Origin: an uncultured Candidatus Binatia bacterium | GTDB taxonomy: Bacteria > Desulfobacterota > Binatia > HRBIN30 | DNA: 64,000 nucleotides | Assembly: GCA_964371655.1 (NCBI GenBank) | Contig: CAYJOD010000007.1 | Coordinates: 81,145 to 145,144 of the forward strand | Reading direction: 5' to 3' | Shown: piece by piece, positions 9,682 to 19,713 of the stretch | How positions within the stretch are numbered: the stretch's first letter is position 1 | Layout of the letters: each line of letters opens with the position of its first letter | Position numbers and translations under genes: made by a program | The notes under the pieces: generated by a model | What the model saw: the letters and a program-made list of their open reading frames with translations, nothing else | What the model was told of the DNA's origin: nothing | The model's database searches: none

Positions 9682-10098
9682 TCACGAACGACGAGACACG
9701 CTCGCAAGCGGCTGCAAACGCGGCGGATCGCGCCGGAAACGCCGCTCGTCGAAATGCCCGTGCCGCAGGCCTTCCACGTCTTCACGCACGCGTGCACGCA
9801 AGCCCTCGAGGTTGATCGCCCCGGCCTGGGGTGCAAACGCCTCGACCTTGCTTAGCGCCTTCTCGAGCATGGCCGCGGCCGCGGAAAGTGATCCCTGGCT
9901 GACCTTATGATACCCGACCGCAATCTGAATCAGGCCGACGAAGAGATCCCAGAGGTCGTCCGGAACGTCGTCGAGGTGATCCTCGATCGCTTCGTGCGCT
10001 TCGAAGTAACGCCCGGCGTTGAATTGCTGCGCCGCTGCGATGACGGCGGCGCGTAGACGGTCGGGCGCGGCGGCCGCCGGCGCAGGGTCTTGCCTCAC
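9682..10098 (-). CDS. DUF309 domain protein
   Basis: FNAGRYFEAHEAIEDHLDD...W motif. GTG start overlaps the upstream stop as GTGA. Confidence 0.6.
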   Translation of the reverse strand: MRQDPAPAAAAPDRLRAAVIAAAQQFNAGRYFEAHEAIEDHLDDVPDDLWDLFVGLIQIAVGYHKVSQGSLSAAAAMLEKALSKVEAFAPQAGAINLEGLRARVREDVEGLRHGHFDERRFRRDPPRLQPLASVSRRS

Positions 10099-10538
10099 TT
10101 GCGCCTGCCGCCCGTCCTCGTGGTCGTCTTGGCGGTCGTCTTCGGAGGTTTCGCTGGCGCGGAGTTGCTGGCAGCGGCGACGGCAGCGAGCTGTGCGGCT
10201 ACCTTCTTCGGCGCCGTCATGAGGTAACTGTCGGTCAGCAAGTCGCGCACCTCGTCCCAGTCGACATCGACATCGAGACGCAGACCGATCCAGCCCTTGT
10301 GTCCGACATAGGGTGGTACGAAGAAGCGTTCCGGTGCGGCCCCGACCAGGATCTCCTGCACCCCTCCCGGCGCCTTGCACCACATAGCGAAGCGCGCGTC
10401 GTCGTCGCGGTCATCGACCCACATTGCGAACATCTTGTCGCGCACGCGGAAGGTCGGCGTTCCCCACGCTTCCTTCTCGACACTCTCCGGGAACGACAGG
10501 CACGCGGCTCGGAAGCTGTCGAGCACGTTATTGTTCAT
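10095..10538 (-). CDS. MmcQ/YjbR family DNA-binding protein
   Basis: FPESVEKEAWGTPTFRVRDKMFAMW...GWIGLRLD pattern of the YjbR family. Confidence 0.7.
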   Translation of the reverse strand: MNNNVLDSFRAACLSFPESVEKEAWGTPTFRVRDKMFAMWVDDRDDDARFAMWCKAPGGVQEILVGAAPERFFVPPYVGHKGWIGLRLDVDVDWDEVRDLLTDSYLMTAPKKVAAQLAAVAAASNSAPAKPPKTTAKTTTRTGGRRK

Positions 10539-10625
10539 CGAGGTTCCTCATGAATCACGCCTGCCCGCCACGCTCTGGTGAGGCCGCCTCAAGATCCACC
10601 AAGGAGGGCGCGCCGCCGCGCGCCC

Positions 10626-11015
10626 CTACTTAGAAGATTTGAGATCGAGGAGGACGTAGCCCGGAAAATCGGCGAGTCGAAGCGCGTCGCGTAGCAGCGG
10701 CGGCAGATGCGGGTATGCCGCCGCGGTGCCGATGATGCGCGGGTTGCGGACGTGGTGGCGGCGTCCGAGCCGCTGGATTTCGCCGCCCTTGGCGGCGACG
10801 AGATTGCGCGCCCAATCGACGTCGCGCCCGTACGTCATCGGGATCACAAACCCCTTCGTCGTCGGGAACGCGACCACCGGGCTTTGGTAGTTGCGCTGGC
10901 TCTTGCGGCCGACGTGGTGCACGATCGCCAGCGGCGGAAGCAGCCAGGCGAAGGTTCCCATGATCGGGTTGGTGAAGACACGATTGACTCGGCGCATGAA
11001 GTTGGGGAGGTGCAT
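10626..11015 (-). CDS. Deazaflavin (F420)-dependent nitroreductase / PPOX-class DUF385 family protein
   Basis: MHLPNFMRRVNRVFTNPIMG...QRNYQSPVVAFPTTKGFVI...GRDVDWARNL is a typical DUF385 N-terminus. The 94 codons upstream in the track ORF look non-coding. Confidence 0.65.
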   Translation of the reverse strand: MHLPNFMRRVNRVFTNPIMGTFAWLLPPLAIVHHVGRKSQRNYQSPVVAFPTTKGFVIPMTYGRDVDWARNLVAAKGGEIQRLGRRHHVRNPRIIGTAAAYPHLPPLLRDALRLADFPGYVLLDLKSSK

Positions 11016-11326
11016 GCGCGCGAAGCTACCACCATTTCGACGGGGTGTGAATGCGGTAGAGCCCACCGCGCAGGGCCACGGCAGAGTCGCTGACGGAGCC
11101 TGCGTGCACCGCAGAGGTGCTGAGCAAAGCGGGCGGGCCGCCCGCGCTCCCGGCGATGATATTCCGCTCGGGGCGCTGGTTTCAGGCAATCGCTGGGAGC
11201 GCGGACGGCTCGTCCGCCGGAGGGTGGAAATAAGCGATTCTTCGGCCGAAGCCCTCCGTGACCCGACTTTGCCGTGGCCCTGACCGCACCGCGACATATC
11301 GCGATTCTATCGCGATCCTGCCACCG

Positions 11327-11878
11327 CTACGCCGTCGAGCCTTGACGCTGGTACCAGAGGAGACCGGTGTAGACGTAATGAGTTCCCGAGGCGGCTACGG
11401 TTGCACCCGTCACCCACCAGGCGATCGGATTGGCCGTGGCCATGGGCATGTCCGGTCGCGCCAAGGTCGCCAGCGCCATCGTCACCGTGATCATCTCCAT
11501 GCAGGTATTGACCTTGCCCAACGTGGTTGGTGCGATCTCGATGGGCTTCGAGAAGAAGTAGATCGTCAAGAAGCCACTGAGGATGATGATGTCGCGCATC
11601 ATCACCAGAATCATCAGCGACACCGGGATAGCGCCGAGCCAGGTCAGCATGACGTACGAGCTGACTAGAAAGAGCTTGTCCGCGAGTGGATCGAGCGCGG
11701 CGCCGAGATCGCTCTTCGAATCCGTGATGCGCGCAATCACACCGTCGAACGCGTCGGTGATCCCGGCCGCCATGAACAGCACCAGCGCCGCACCGTAGCG
11801 GTGGTTGGTGAGCAGGACCAAGAACACGGGCACCGACAGGATTCGGAGCAGGGTGAGAAAGTTCGGGACGGTTAGCAT
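11327..11878 (-). CDS. pgsA: CDP-diacylglycerol--glycerol-3-phosphate 3-phosphatidyltransferase
   Basis: CDP-alcohol phosphatidyltransferase motif DAFDGVIARITDSKSDLGAALDPLADK. Start MLTVPNFLTLLR. Confidence 0.8.
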   Translation of the reverse strand: MLTVPNFLTLLRILSVPVFLVLLTNHRYGAALVLFMAAGITDAFDGVIARITDSKSDLGAALDPLADKLFLVSSYVMLTWLGAIPVSLMILVMMRDIIILSGFLTIYFFSKPIEIAPTTLGKVNTCMEMITVTMALATLARPDMPMATANPIAWWVTGATVAASGTHYVYTGLLWYQRQGSTA

Positions 11879-11947
11879 GAGTACGCTACGCGGCTGCACC
11901 CTCTTTTGCCCCAGCAGCGTCGACCATGGCAAGAGGGCGGGGTGCCG

Positions 11948-12008
11948 GGTGTTGGGAAAGTTGACAGTCGACAGTTAACAGTCGACCGTTGACGGTTGAC
12001 TGTCGACC
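11948..12008 (+). promoter_or_regulatory. Three direct TTGAC(A/T)GTCGAC repeats (SalI-palindrome cores) between hflX and pgsA
   Basis: gttgacagtcgacagttaacagtcgaccgttgacggttgactgtcgac. A related gtcgactgttgactgtcg lies at 20510-20530 upstream of the histidine kinase. Confidence 0.4.
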
Positions 12009-12015
12009 GTGCGCT

Positions 12016-13341
12016 CTAGCGGCGAGCGGCGTCCTTGGTCATCTTACGCAGCTGTCCGGCGAGCTTGGGTGGCACGAACGCGGTCACCTCGACCTCGCCC
12101 TCGTCGTAGTCCTCCTGCAACACCGAACCGGAGCGCCGCATCAAGGCGATCAGATCGCCACGGTCGGCCGGCAGCCGCAGGTGCACGCGTTCGCGATGTG
12201 ATTGCAGGGCGCGCTCGATCGCCTCGCGCAACGACAGGATGCCGTCGCCCTTGAGCGCCGAGATCGTACAGCTCTCGCCGCTCACCACGGGCGGGCGTTG
12301 CTGCGACGGCAGCCGATCCGCCTTGTTGAACACGGTGAGGCGCGGGGTTTCGCCCACACCGAGCTCGCCCAGGACGCGGTCGACAATCTCGATATGCGCG
12401 GGCGCCTGGGCGTCGCTGGCGTCGATCACATGCAACAAGAGGTCGGCTTCCTGCACCTCTTCGAGGGTGCTCTTGAACGCGTCGACGAAGCCGTGCGGCA
12501 ACTTGTTGATGAAGCCCACCGTATCGATGAGCAGAGCCACGGCGCCACTTGGGAGCTGCAGACGGCGCACGGTCGGATCGAGGGTGGCGAACAGCTTATC
12601 TTCGACAAAAACTTCGGCGGCCGTCAGGCGATTCATCAGCGTCGACTTCCCGGAGTTCGTGTAGCCGACGAGCGCCACGGTCGGATACGGCACGCTGGCG
12701 CGGCTTTCGCGATGCAGGCGCCGCGTGCGCATCACCTCCTGCAGCTGACGGCGCAAGCGCCCCAGGCGCTCGCGCACGCGGCGGCGGTCGACTTCCAGCT
12801 GTGTCTCGCCGGGCCCGCGTGTACCGACGCCGCCGCCCAGGCGCGACAAATGCTGCCAGTGCCGCGTCAGCCGCGGCAGCAGATACTGCAGCTGCGCCAG
12901 CTCGACCTGCAGCTTGCCGGCCTGGCTGTGCGCACGTCGCGCAAAGATGTCGAGGATCAGCTGGCTGCGGTCGATGACCTTGACCTTGGTTTCCGTCTCC
13001 AGATTGCGCTGCTGTGCGGGCGACAAGGCGTCGTCGAAAATAATCACGTTAGCGCCGAGGTCGTGCGCCAGCGCGCCAACTTCCTTGACCTTGCCGCTGC
13101 CGATGAAGGTTGCCGGATGAACACGCCGCACCTGCTGCATCGCCTTGCCAAGGACACGCACGTCGGCGGTTTCGGCGAGACGCTCGAGCTCGGCGAGCGA
13201 CTCCTCGCCGCTGAAGATCGCATTCTCGTCGAGGACCGCAGCGACGAGGATCGCAGCCTCCGGCCCTTTGTGGGCCGCGACGTCCTCACCACCGCGACGC
13301 CGCCGCGGCCGTACCTCCTGATCATCCGCATCTGTGCCCAT
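12016..13341 (-). CDS. hflX: GTPase HflX
   Basis: HflX N-domain, then G-domain with [14 protein letters not shown] and DTVGF motifs. Confidence 0.9.
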   Translation of the reverse strand: MGTDADDQEVRPRRRRGGEDVAAHKGPEAAILVAAVLDENAIFSGEESLAELERLAETADVRVLGKAMQQVRRVHPATFIGSGKVKEVGALAHDLGANVIIFDDALSPAQQRNLETETKVKVIDRSQLILDIFARRAHSQAGKLQVELAQLQYLLPRLTRHWQHLSRLGGGVGTRGPGETQLEVDRRRVRERLGRLRRQLQEVMRTRRLHRESRASVPYPTVALVGYTNSGKSTLMNRLTAAEVFVEDKLFATLDPTVRRLQLPSGAVALLIDTVGFINKLPHGFVDAFKSTLEEVQEADLLLHVIDASDAQAPAHIEIVDRVLGELGVGETPRLTVFNKADRLPSQQRPPVVSGESCTISALKGDGILSLREAIERALQSHRERVHLRLPADRGDLIALMRRSGSVLQEDYDEGEVEVTAFVPPKLAGQLRKMTKDAARR

Positions 13342-13499
13342 TGAGGCTCCGTTCTACTCCATCCGGACCCGCCGCGCTCACAGCGAGCGGCGTGATTACA
13401 TCGGAGAACCCCGCGCAGCGCAATCGCCGTCCGCGCCCGGTCGTCGGGTCGGTTGCAGATCAACGGTACGCCGGCGCGATGAGCACGCGGGAGAGAGCC

Positions 13500-13632
13500 C
13501 TCGAATCACCGCTCCCTAACGGTCGCGGCTCCGGTCGAGGTCCGCCGGTTTTCGGCATGTCAGAGCCGCGCGCGTAAGCAAGCGGTCAGCAGGTGGATGC
13601 TTCCCTCGAGGCACGGCATGCCGTCCATCTCC
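13500..13632 (+). repeat. F3 element copy in the divergent hflX / methyltransferase promoter region
   Basis: About 85% identical to 2188-2321 over roughly 135 bp. Confidence 0.8.
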
Positions 13633-13721
13633 AGTCTCAAACCCACATTTTTGCTCGGGTGCACTCGCGCCCGTGGCGTGAGGCGAGGAACGCCGGTACA
13701 TCTGTGCGACAAGGAGAAGAA

Positions 13722-14741
13722 ATGCGAGCGCAAACGGCAATCGAAATCCTTCGCCAAGGTCAGATGCGGGTCTTGCTGCGCGCCATGCGTCTGGCGACTC
13801 CCTATTACCGCCTGGTGTGGCTGGTCGCCGCGTTCCGCGCCGGACTGCTGGCGCGTTTGTCGGGCGGCGCCGCGTCGTTTCAGGAATTGGCCAAAGACAT
13901 GGCGCGCCAGCGCAGCGATCATGATTGGTTGAGGAAGTGGCTCGAACTGGGGGTGCGAGTCGGTGAGCTGCGCTGCAACAACGACCGCTATACTCTCGCC
14001 GGCTTCCTGGCGCGTGCGCTTGCGCGTCCGCAAAACGACGCGATCGTCGCCATCCTCGAAGAGGTGGCCACTCTCCATCATGCCCTCGTGCTCGACACAC
14101 CACCGCGACTGGCGCGCGCGGATCGTTTCACTCTCGCCGAGCAGGATGGTGTCTTGATTGCCCGCTCGTCGCCGCTCGTCAGACCCTTCGTCCACGAGGC
14201 CATCGACGAAGTCGTTCCCCGCCGCGGCGCCTGGCGCCTGCTCGAAGTCGGGGCCGGGTCCGGCACCTACATCCGTCACGCCGCCGAGCGTAACCCCGAG
14301 CTGACGGCCCTGGGCCTTGAGCTGCAGCCACAGGTGGCGGAGCTGGCCAACTCCAACCTACGCCACTGGGGGCTTGCCGGTCGCGCCGTCGTCGACACCG
14401 GAGACGTGCGCCAACGAGCTGCCGAGGCCGCCTTCGACCTCGTCACCTTCCACAACAACATCTACTACTTTGCGGTCGATGAGCGTGTGGCGCTGCTGCG
14501 TCACGCGCGTTCGTTCCTCAAGCCCGGGGGACGTCTGCTGCTCACCACCGCATGCAGCGGCGGCGGGCCCGTGGGCGTCGCCCTCGATATCTGGAGCGCC
14601 GGTACCGAAGGCTGCGGGCGCTTACCCGCGGCCGCGGAGTTGGTCGCACAGATGCGCGAAGCGGGCTTTGCCGACGCGAGCAGCCGGAGCTTGGTCCCGG
14701 GTGACAGCTACTACGCCTTCTTCGCGGCGCGACCGGGTTGA
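13722..14741 (+). CDS. Class I SAM-dependent methyltransferase (O-methyltransferase-like)
   Basis: LEVGAGSGTY motif I. AAGGAGAAG RBS before ATG at 13722. Confidence 0.75.
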   Translation: MRAQTAIEILRQGQMRVLLRAMRLATPYYRLVWLVAAFRAGLLARLSGGAASFQELAKDMARQRSDHDWLRKWLELGVRVGELRCNNDRYTLAGFLARALARPQNDAIVAILEEVATLHHALVLDTPPRLARADRFTLAEQDGVLIARSSPLVRPFVHEAIDEVVPRRGAWRLLEVGAGSGTYIRHAAERNPELTALGLELQPQVAELANSNLRHWGLAGRAVVDTGDVRQRAAEAAFDLVTFHNNIYYFAVDERVALLRHARSFLKPGGRLLLTTACSGGGPVGVALDIWSAGTEGCGRLPAAAELVAQMREAGFADASSRSLVPGDSYYAFFAARPG

Positions 14742-14870
14742 GCGCAAGGCAGGGGAGTTCACCTTGCTACTGCAAGAGGAAGGACTCACCGCAGAGAACG
14801 CAGAGTGCGCAAAGGCTGGCGCAACGCATGTTTGAGGAGGGTCCGTGACCAGAGATTTGGGCCAGGCCGG

Positions 14871-15101
14871 AGAGAACCACAGAGAACACAGCCCGGCCGC
14901 AACCAAAGAAAAGAATTGAACAGGAGCTAACGGAGGGAACGGAGGAAGGCTTAGAGGACCCGGAGAGGAAAGCCTCTGTTCTCTCCGTTTCCTCCTGTTC
15001 AAAGAAGTGAAACGTTTGTTACACAGAGAAGAAAGAGACGAGGGCGTCCTCCTCTTTTCGTGGTTTCTTTCTTCTCTGTGCTCTCTGTGGCCTCTGTGGT
15101 T
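14871..15101 (+). repeat. F4 element: TIR gagaaccacagagaacacag...ctctgtgctctctgtggcctctgtggtt with nested inner hairpin gaacaggagctaacggagggaacggagg/cctctgttctctccgtttcctcctgttc
   Basis: Lies between convergent genes (methyltransferase stop 14741 and the BOF-like gene stop at 15135). Confidence 0.75.
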
Positions 15102-15134
15102 GAAGATCCGAATCTTCGACGATCGCTCGCCGCG

Positions 15135-15917
15135 CTACTCCACCGCGACGGCAGCATCCTCGATGATGATGTCGTAGTGGTACCCGGAGCCCAGGTCTTT
15201 GTCGGTGCTCAGCTTGCCACGCACCAACACCAGATTACCGACGGCGGCAGAGGCGCTCGTCGAGACGGTCAGGTCGTTGGTGCCGGCGCTGCCACTGCCG
15301 TCTTGCACGTGCATCCAGTTCTTACCCATCACTTGCGCGGTGAACTTGACGACGCGGCCGCGTACCGCCACGTCTTTCCCAACCAACGCCGCCTTGCCGG
15401 CGAATAGCTCAGCCACAGTCTGACCACCGTCGGCCTTCTTGATGTTCGTCAGATCGACGGCAGCGGTGGCGCCAGCTGCCGCGCCGTGGGCGCCGCCACC
15501 GACTCCCGCTGCGCCGTGGGCGGCAGCGACCGGGTCCTTTGCCACCTGGCCGCCGGCCACCTCGATCGCACCCACGAAGTAAACGAGATCGAATTTCCGC
15601 CCCAGGGTCTTGCTCTCGAAGTTCTCCATCGGCATGCCGCTGGGCACCACGACCTTGTCGCCGACGGCGACGGCAAACTTCGGCGCCGCGGCCCAGATCT
15701 TCTTGGCTCCGTCATCGACCTGCACGTACGTGTAGGCTCCGGCGTCCATCGTCTCCACGACTTTGCCCGTGATGCTGGGCGCGGCGGCCGCGTCGACAGC
15801 CGGCGCTCCACCCGGTGCGGCGGGCGGTTGCGCCACGGCCGCATGCACGTGAGTCCCGCAGGCGACCACGGCTGCAGTGGTAAGACCGACAACGAACGAC
15901 GAAATGGGATGCTTCAC
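15135..15917 (-). CDS. Secreted protein with two tandem OB-fold (BOF/YgiW-like) domains
   Basis: GTG at 15917 with GGAGGA RBS. Signal peptide, then two repeats of G(K/R)VV..(x)..vqDGsG..V.V.G pattern (GKVVETMDAGAYTYVQVDDGAKKIW ; GRVVKFTAQVMGKNWMHVQDGSGSAG). Confidence 0.55.
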   Translation of the reverse strand: MKHPISSFVVGLTTAAVVACGTHVHAAVAQPPAAPGGAPAVDAAAAPSITGKVVETMDAGAYTYVQVDDGAKKIWAAAPKFAVAVGDKVVVPSGMPMENFESKTLGRKFDLVYFVGAIEVAGGQVAKDPVAAAHGAAGVGGGAHGAAAGATAAVDLTNIKKADGGQTVAELFAGKAALVGKDVAVRGRVVKFTAQVMGKNWMHVQDGSGSAGTNDLTVSTSASAAVGNLVLVRGKLSTDKDLGSGYHYDIIIEDAAVAVE

Positions 15918-16192
15918 AGTAGTTCCTCCGCTTGCGTATTGGTGGGCGGCCCGCACTGCGGGCACGGCCCGTGTCGTACACCGCCGCCGCCGCCATTCCT
16001 AGTGGATTACTGCCTAATGAGAGAGAAACCGAAACTACTCAGGCTCAGAGTGCATTCGCACCCAAGCTTGATCGGCACCGCGCCGCGTTGCATAGCTCTT
16101 CGGATTTCGCGGGCATCGGCGTGTAGCGGCAGTTCCAGCCAAGATGTTACGTCTGAGCGCGCACAGGGGCCGCACGATCGCGACAGGAGGAG

Positions 16193-17233
16193 ATGATGAA
16201 AGCGCTTCAAATGACACAGTTTCAGGCGCCGCCGGAGCTTGTCGACGTGGACATGCGCGAGCCCGGGCCGGGGGAGGTTTTGGTCAAGATCGGCGGGGCC
16301 GGGGCGTGTCACTCCGATCTGCATATCCTCGACTATCCGCCCGGCGCCCTGCCCTTCACCCTGCCGTTCACCCTGGGCCACGAGAACGCCGGCTGGGTGG
16401 AACGGATCGGCGCTGGCGTCCAAGGCGTGGCGGCGGGCGACCCCGTGGTCGTGTACGGCGTGTGGGGCTGCGGTCAATGCGCGACCTGTCGGAGCGGCGC
16501 CGAGAACTACTGCGAGCGTAGCCCGCTGTTGGTCCCCGGTGGCGGACTTGGATTCGACGGCGGCATGGCCACGCATATGATCGTGCCTTCGGCGCGCTTT
16601 CTGTGTCCGCTCAACGGACTCGATCCGCGCCAAGCGGCGCCGCTGACCGATGCCGGTCTGACCACCTATCACGCCATCAAACGTTCGCTGGCGGTCCTGC
16701 GCCCTGGAGCCACCGCCGTGGTCATCGGCGCCGGCGGGCTCGGGCAGATGGCCGTTCAGATTCTCAGAGCCATATCGCCGGCGCGCGTGATCGCGGTCGA
16801 CGTCGCTGCCGACAAGCTGGCGAGTGCGAAGGAGCTTGGTGCAGACGAGGTGGTGATCTGCGACGACGAGGCCGCGCTGCATGTCCGCGAGCTGACGCAT
16901 GGTGCCGGCGCGGAGCTGGTGCTCGACATCGTCGGTTCCGATGCCACCCTCCAGCTCGCGCTCGCCGTGTCGCGACGCTTGGGCCATCTCACTGTGGTCG
17001 GGATCGCCGGCGGGACCCTTCCATTCAACTACCTGATGGTGCCCAACGAGCTCTCGGTCGCGTCTGTATTCTACGGCAGTATCCCCGAGCTCATCGAAGT
17101 GGTCGCGCTAGCCGCGGCCGGAAAGATTCGCGCTCAGATCGAGTTGTTTCCTCTCGATCAGGCCGGGCTCGCTTACCAGCGCTTGCGCGACGGCAAGATC
17201 CCGGGCCGCGCCGTCGTCACACCGAACGGCTAG
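16193..17233 (+). CDS. Zinc-dependent NAD(P) alcohol dehydrogenase
   Basis: GAGACHSDLH zinc motif, GxGxxG at IGAGGLG. AGGAGG RBS. Confidence 0.85.
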   Translation: MMKALQMTQFQAPPELVDVDMREPGPGEVLVKIGGAGACHSDLHILDYPPGALPFTLPFTLGHENAGWVERIGAGVQGVAAGDPVVVYGVWGCGQCATCRSGAENYCERSPLLVPGGGLGFDGGMATHMIVPSARFLCPLNGLDPRQAAPLTDAGLTTYHAIKRSLAVLRPGATAVVIGAGGLGQMAVQILRAISPARVIAVDVAADKLASAKELGADEVVICDDEAALHVRELTHGAGAELVLDIVGSDATLQLALAVSRRLGHLTVVGIAGGTLPFNYLMVPNELSVASVFYGSIPELIEVVALAAAGKIRAQIELFPLDQAGLAYQRLRDGKIPGRAVVTPNG

Positions 17234-17526
17234 GTAACAGCTCATCTGACACAATCGGGGCGCCGCACAAGAAACAGCGGCGCGCATAGGGCGGAAAGCA
17301 CGAGCTTCGAGCTCCCTGGTCAAGGTACCGACCTCGTGTGCAGTGGGTCTTGTAGGAACTGCAGCGCGCTGGGTAAATTCTTCCAACCTCCAACTGCCGC
17401 GGGTTGTCGCGGTGTCCTACGCATGCGCACGGACCCTTGGCACGAAGTCAGCTTCTCGTGCTGCGTGGCAATGCTTGGGTTCCGAACACGCGGAGCACAG
17501 CTTGCCGCAGAAAGAAGGAGGATACG

Positions 17527-17922
17527 ATGAAGATGACAGGTTACGTCCTCGGCGGGGTCTGGCTTGCCCTGATCTGGGCGCTTCCCTCGTACGGATGGTC
17601 TTCCGGAATCTCGAGCGACAGCGCGGTGACGGTGGCCGCCCTCCAAGTCAACCACGGCGTCGCCTCCGGAGTGTTGATCAATAACGCCCAAGGCACGGTA
17701 CGTGACGTCAAGTTACTGGTTCGCGAGCAGTGGTACTGGAGAAACGAATTCCGTCCGGGCGCCGAGAGCCCGGGCCGGAGCGGCTACGTCACCATTGACG
17801 GGGCGATCCCGCCTGGTGGTCGTTTTCCGTTCAGCTTCGAGGTCGAGCCTAACCCCGCACGCGCCGACGGACATTTTGAGACGGAGGTCGAAGTTGTCGC
17901 CTACACGGAAATCAGCCGCTAG
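17527..17922 (+). CDS. Hypothetical secreted protein
   Basis: AGGAGG RBS, then MKMTGYVLGGVWLALIWALPSYG signal peptide. Confidence 0.5.
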   Translation: MKMTGYVLGGVWLALIWALPSYGWSSGISSDSAVTVAALQVNHGVASGVLINNAQGTVRDVKLLVREQWYWRNEFRPGAESPGRSGYVTIDGAIPPGGRFPFSFEVEPNPARADGHFETEVEVVAYTEISR

Positions 17923-17974
17923 TGAGGCTTGCATCAGAAATTGAAACCCAAGCTCCGTACGGAGAAAGCGGAGC

Positions 17975-18103
17975 AACCGCAGAGACACAGAGGACGCCGA
18001 AAAGAACCCCCGAGGATCTGAGTGCAACCGGTGTGTTGACCTCTCAGCCCCATCTCTCTGTGGGCTCTGTGCCTCTCTCTGTGGACTCTGGGCCTCCGTG
18101 GTT
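17975..18103 (+). repeat. F4 element copy (aaccgcagagacacagagg ... cctctctctgtggactctgggcctccgtggtt)
   Basis: Shares the CACAGAG/CTCTGTG arm motifs with 7376-7459, 14871-15101 and 28334-28636. Confidence 0.65.
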
Positions 18104-18181
18104 CATTTTCTGTTTTTCTTGCAAGCATCACTCGTATCCAGGCTCAGGATCGAGACAACACAAGATGGGAGGTATCTAGAC

Positions 18182-18832
18182 ATGACTCGAAAACTTCAGG
18201 TCCTCACGGCACTCGCTCTCCTGATCACGACACACACCGCCTTCGCTCTCTACACACCAAACCCCGCCGGGCGCTGGGAGCCAAATCGTTTCACCTTGGC
18301 CGGCGACTTTCAGTTCAACAGCGAAAAGGGCATCGATTTCCCGAACAGCGCCAGCGCCAACTTGAACGATATGGTCGGCGTGTTCGTACGTCCGGGCTAC
18401 AGCATTGCCCGTAACGTCATCATCTACGGACGTCTGGGCTTTCAAGACGCGGATGGTGTCGATACCGGTTTCGCCGGTGGCTTCGGTGTGCAAGGTGCCT
18501 ACGTGTTGCCTGGCGCCCCGGCGTGGGCGATCGGCGGTGCCTTCGACTACATTCACTGGGCGGCGGATATCAGTCATACCGGCACGAATATCGATTGGAA
18601 CGAGTTTCAGCTCACGCCGGCGGTGAGCTACAAAGTCAAAGAGGTTCCCGGCCTGACGCCGTACGCCGGGCTCATGCTGGATTTCGTCGACGCACGCAAT
18701 CAAAGCGAGAGCGATCCGGTGGGTTTGGCCTTCGGGACGAACTTTGATCCGAACCCACACCTACGCCTCGACGGACAGATCCGGGTCATCTCGGAAACCG
18801 GCTTCTCGTTCAGCGTCGCCTACATTTTCTGA
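18182..18832 (+). CDS. Outer-membrane beta-barrel protein (OmpW/porin-like)
   Basis: GGGAGG RBS, signal peptide, alternating beta-strand pattern, C-terminal ...SFSVAYIF aromatic terminus typical of OM barrels. Confidence 0.6.
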   Translation: MTRKLQVLTALALLITTHTAFALYTPNPAGRWEPNRFTLAGDFQFNSEKGIDFPNSASANLNDMVGVFVRPGYSIARNVIIYGRLGFQDADGVDTGFAGGFGVQGAYVLPGAPAWAIGGAFDYIHWAADISHTGTNIDWNEFQLTPAVSYKVKEVPGLTPYAGLMLDFVDARNQSESDPVGLAFGTNFDPNPHLRLDGQIRVISETGFSFSVAYIF

Positions 18833-18914
18833 TCAGCGGCGACTTTGCCCAAGCGATCGATGCGCGAGTGCGGAGCTCCGATTGGAGCTCCGCCTGTAGG
18901 CTGTTGCTGGCGGC

Positions 18915-19334
18915 TTACGCGGCGGAATCCACCACGCTCCCAGATTGGTCGCCGCGTGCCACGGGAACGGGCCGGGGATTGCGCGCGGCGTGTACGCGCA
19001 CGCGGCCGCGCTGTTGGCGCAGCAGGCCCTGGCGCAGGTTGGAAGAGTCAAGGCCGAGAACGTCGCAGACGTTCACGAACGAGAACGGCCACATTCTGTC
19101 ATCAGACATGAACCAGGTTTCGGCTTCTCGGGCCTCACGCTGGTTGCTCTTGCCACCCGGGGACAAGGCAGTTCTCTGAAAGCAATTGATCGCGTCCGCG
19201 AGGACGGCCGCCAGGAGGCGACGCTCGGGATCGGCGTGCCGCGCCTGGGCATCAAACTGCTGTACGGGCAGAAAGCTCTCGGCCGCGAAGAGCGGATTGG
19301 AGCCGAGGCCTTGATCGCTACGTTCATTGTTCAT
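18915..19334 (-). CDS. Hypothetical protein
   Basis: ATG MNNERSDQG.... No recognisable domain. Last gene of a three-gene minus-strand cluster. Confidence 0.4.
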   Translation of the reverse strand: MNNERSDQGLGSNPLFAAESFLPVQQFDAQARHADPERRLLAAVLADAINCFQRTALSPGGKSNQREAREAETWFMSDDRMWPFSFVNVCDVLGLDSSNLRQGLLRQQRGRVRVHAARNPRPVPVARGDQSGSVVDSAA

Positions 19335-19353
19335 AGTGCACCGGTAACGCGGG

Positions 19354-19713
19354 TCATAGGTAGAAGAGGAACAGGCGGCTGAATCCGCGGTCGCGAAATA
19401 CGCCGGGAGGTTCCTTCCAGAAATGCGGCTCCGAATAGGCGGGGTGCTCGCACAGGCAGCGCTCGCAGTGTGGACAGATCTTCGAGGGCTGAACACCCTG
19501 GTGCGCACACCACTCGGCGGCGAACAGGTCGAAGCAGTGCTCGCAGTAGGGACAGGGCATCAGGTGTACGATCGGCGCCAACCTCTCGGTAGGCATGGGG
19601 ATGCTTAGCCCCCGGTACGCGCTGTCCAGCCTCGGGGGCGCGCTGGGCCGGGTCGAACCGACACCGCACGCCTGCCTGCCACCACCTCCCAATTTGTCGA
19701 GCTCAGCCATCAT
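19354..19713 (-). CDS. Cysteine-rich (zinc-ribbon-like) small protein
   Basis: MPCPYCEHCF...WCAH...CPHCERCLCEHP contains several CxxC pairs. ATG overlaps the upstream stop (ATGA), suggesting coupling. Confidence 0.4.
   Translation of the reverse strand: MMAELDKLGGGGRQACGVGSTRPSAPPRLDSAYRGLSIPMPTERLAPIVHLMPCPYCEHCFDLFAAEWCAHQGVQPSKICPHCERCLCEHPAYSEPHFWKEPPGVFRDRGFSRLFLFYL

Noticed and set aside
10626-11297. Full 223-aa track ORF as the DUF385 protein.
   Set aside because: The first 94 codons are Ser/Arg/Pro-rich with no family similarity. The conserved DUF385 N-terminus begins at the internal Met (11015).
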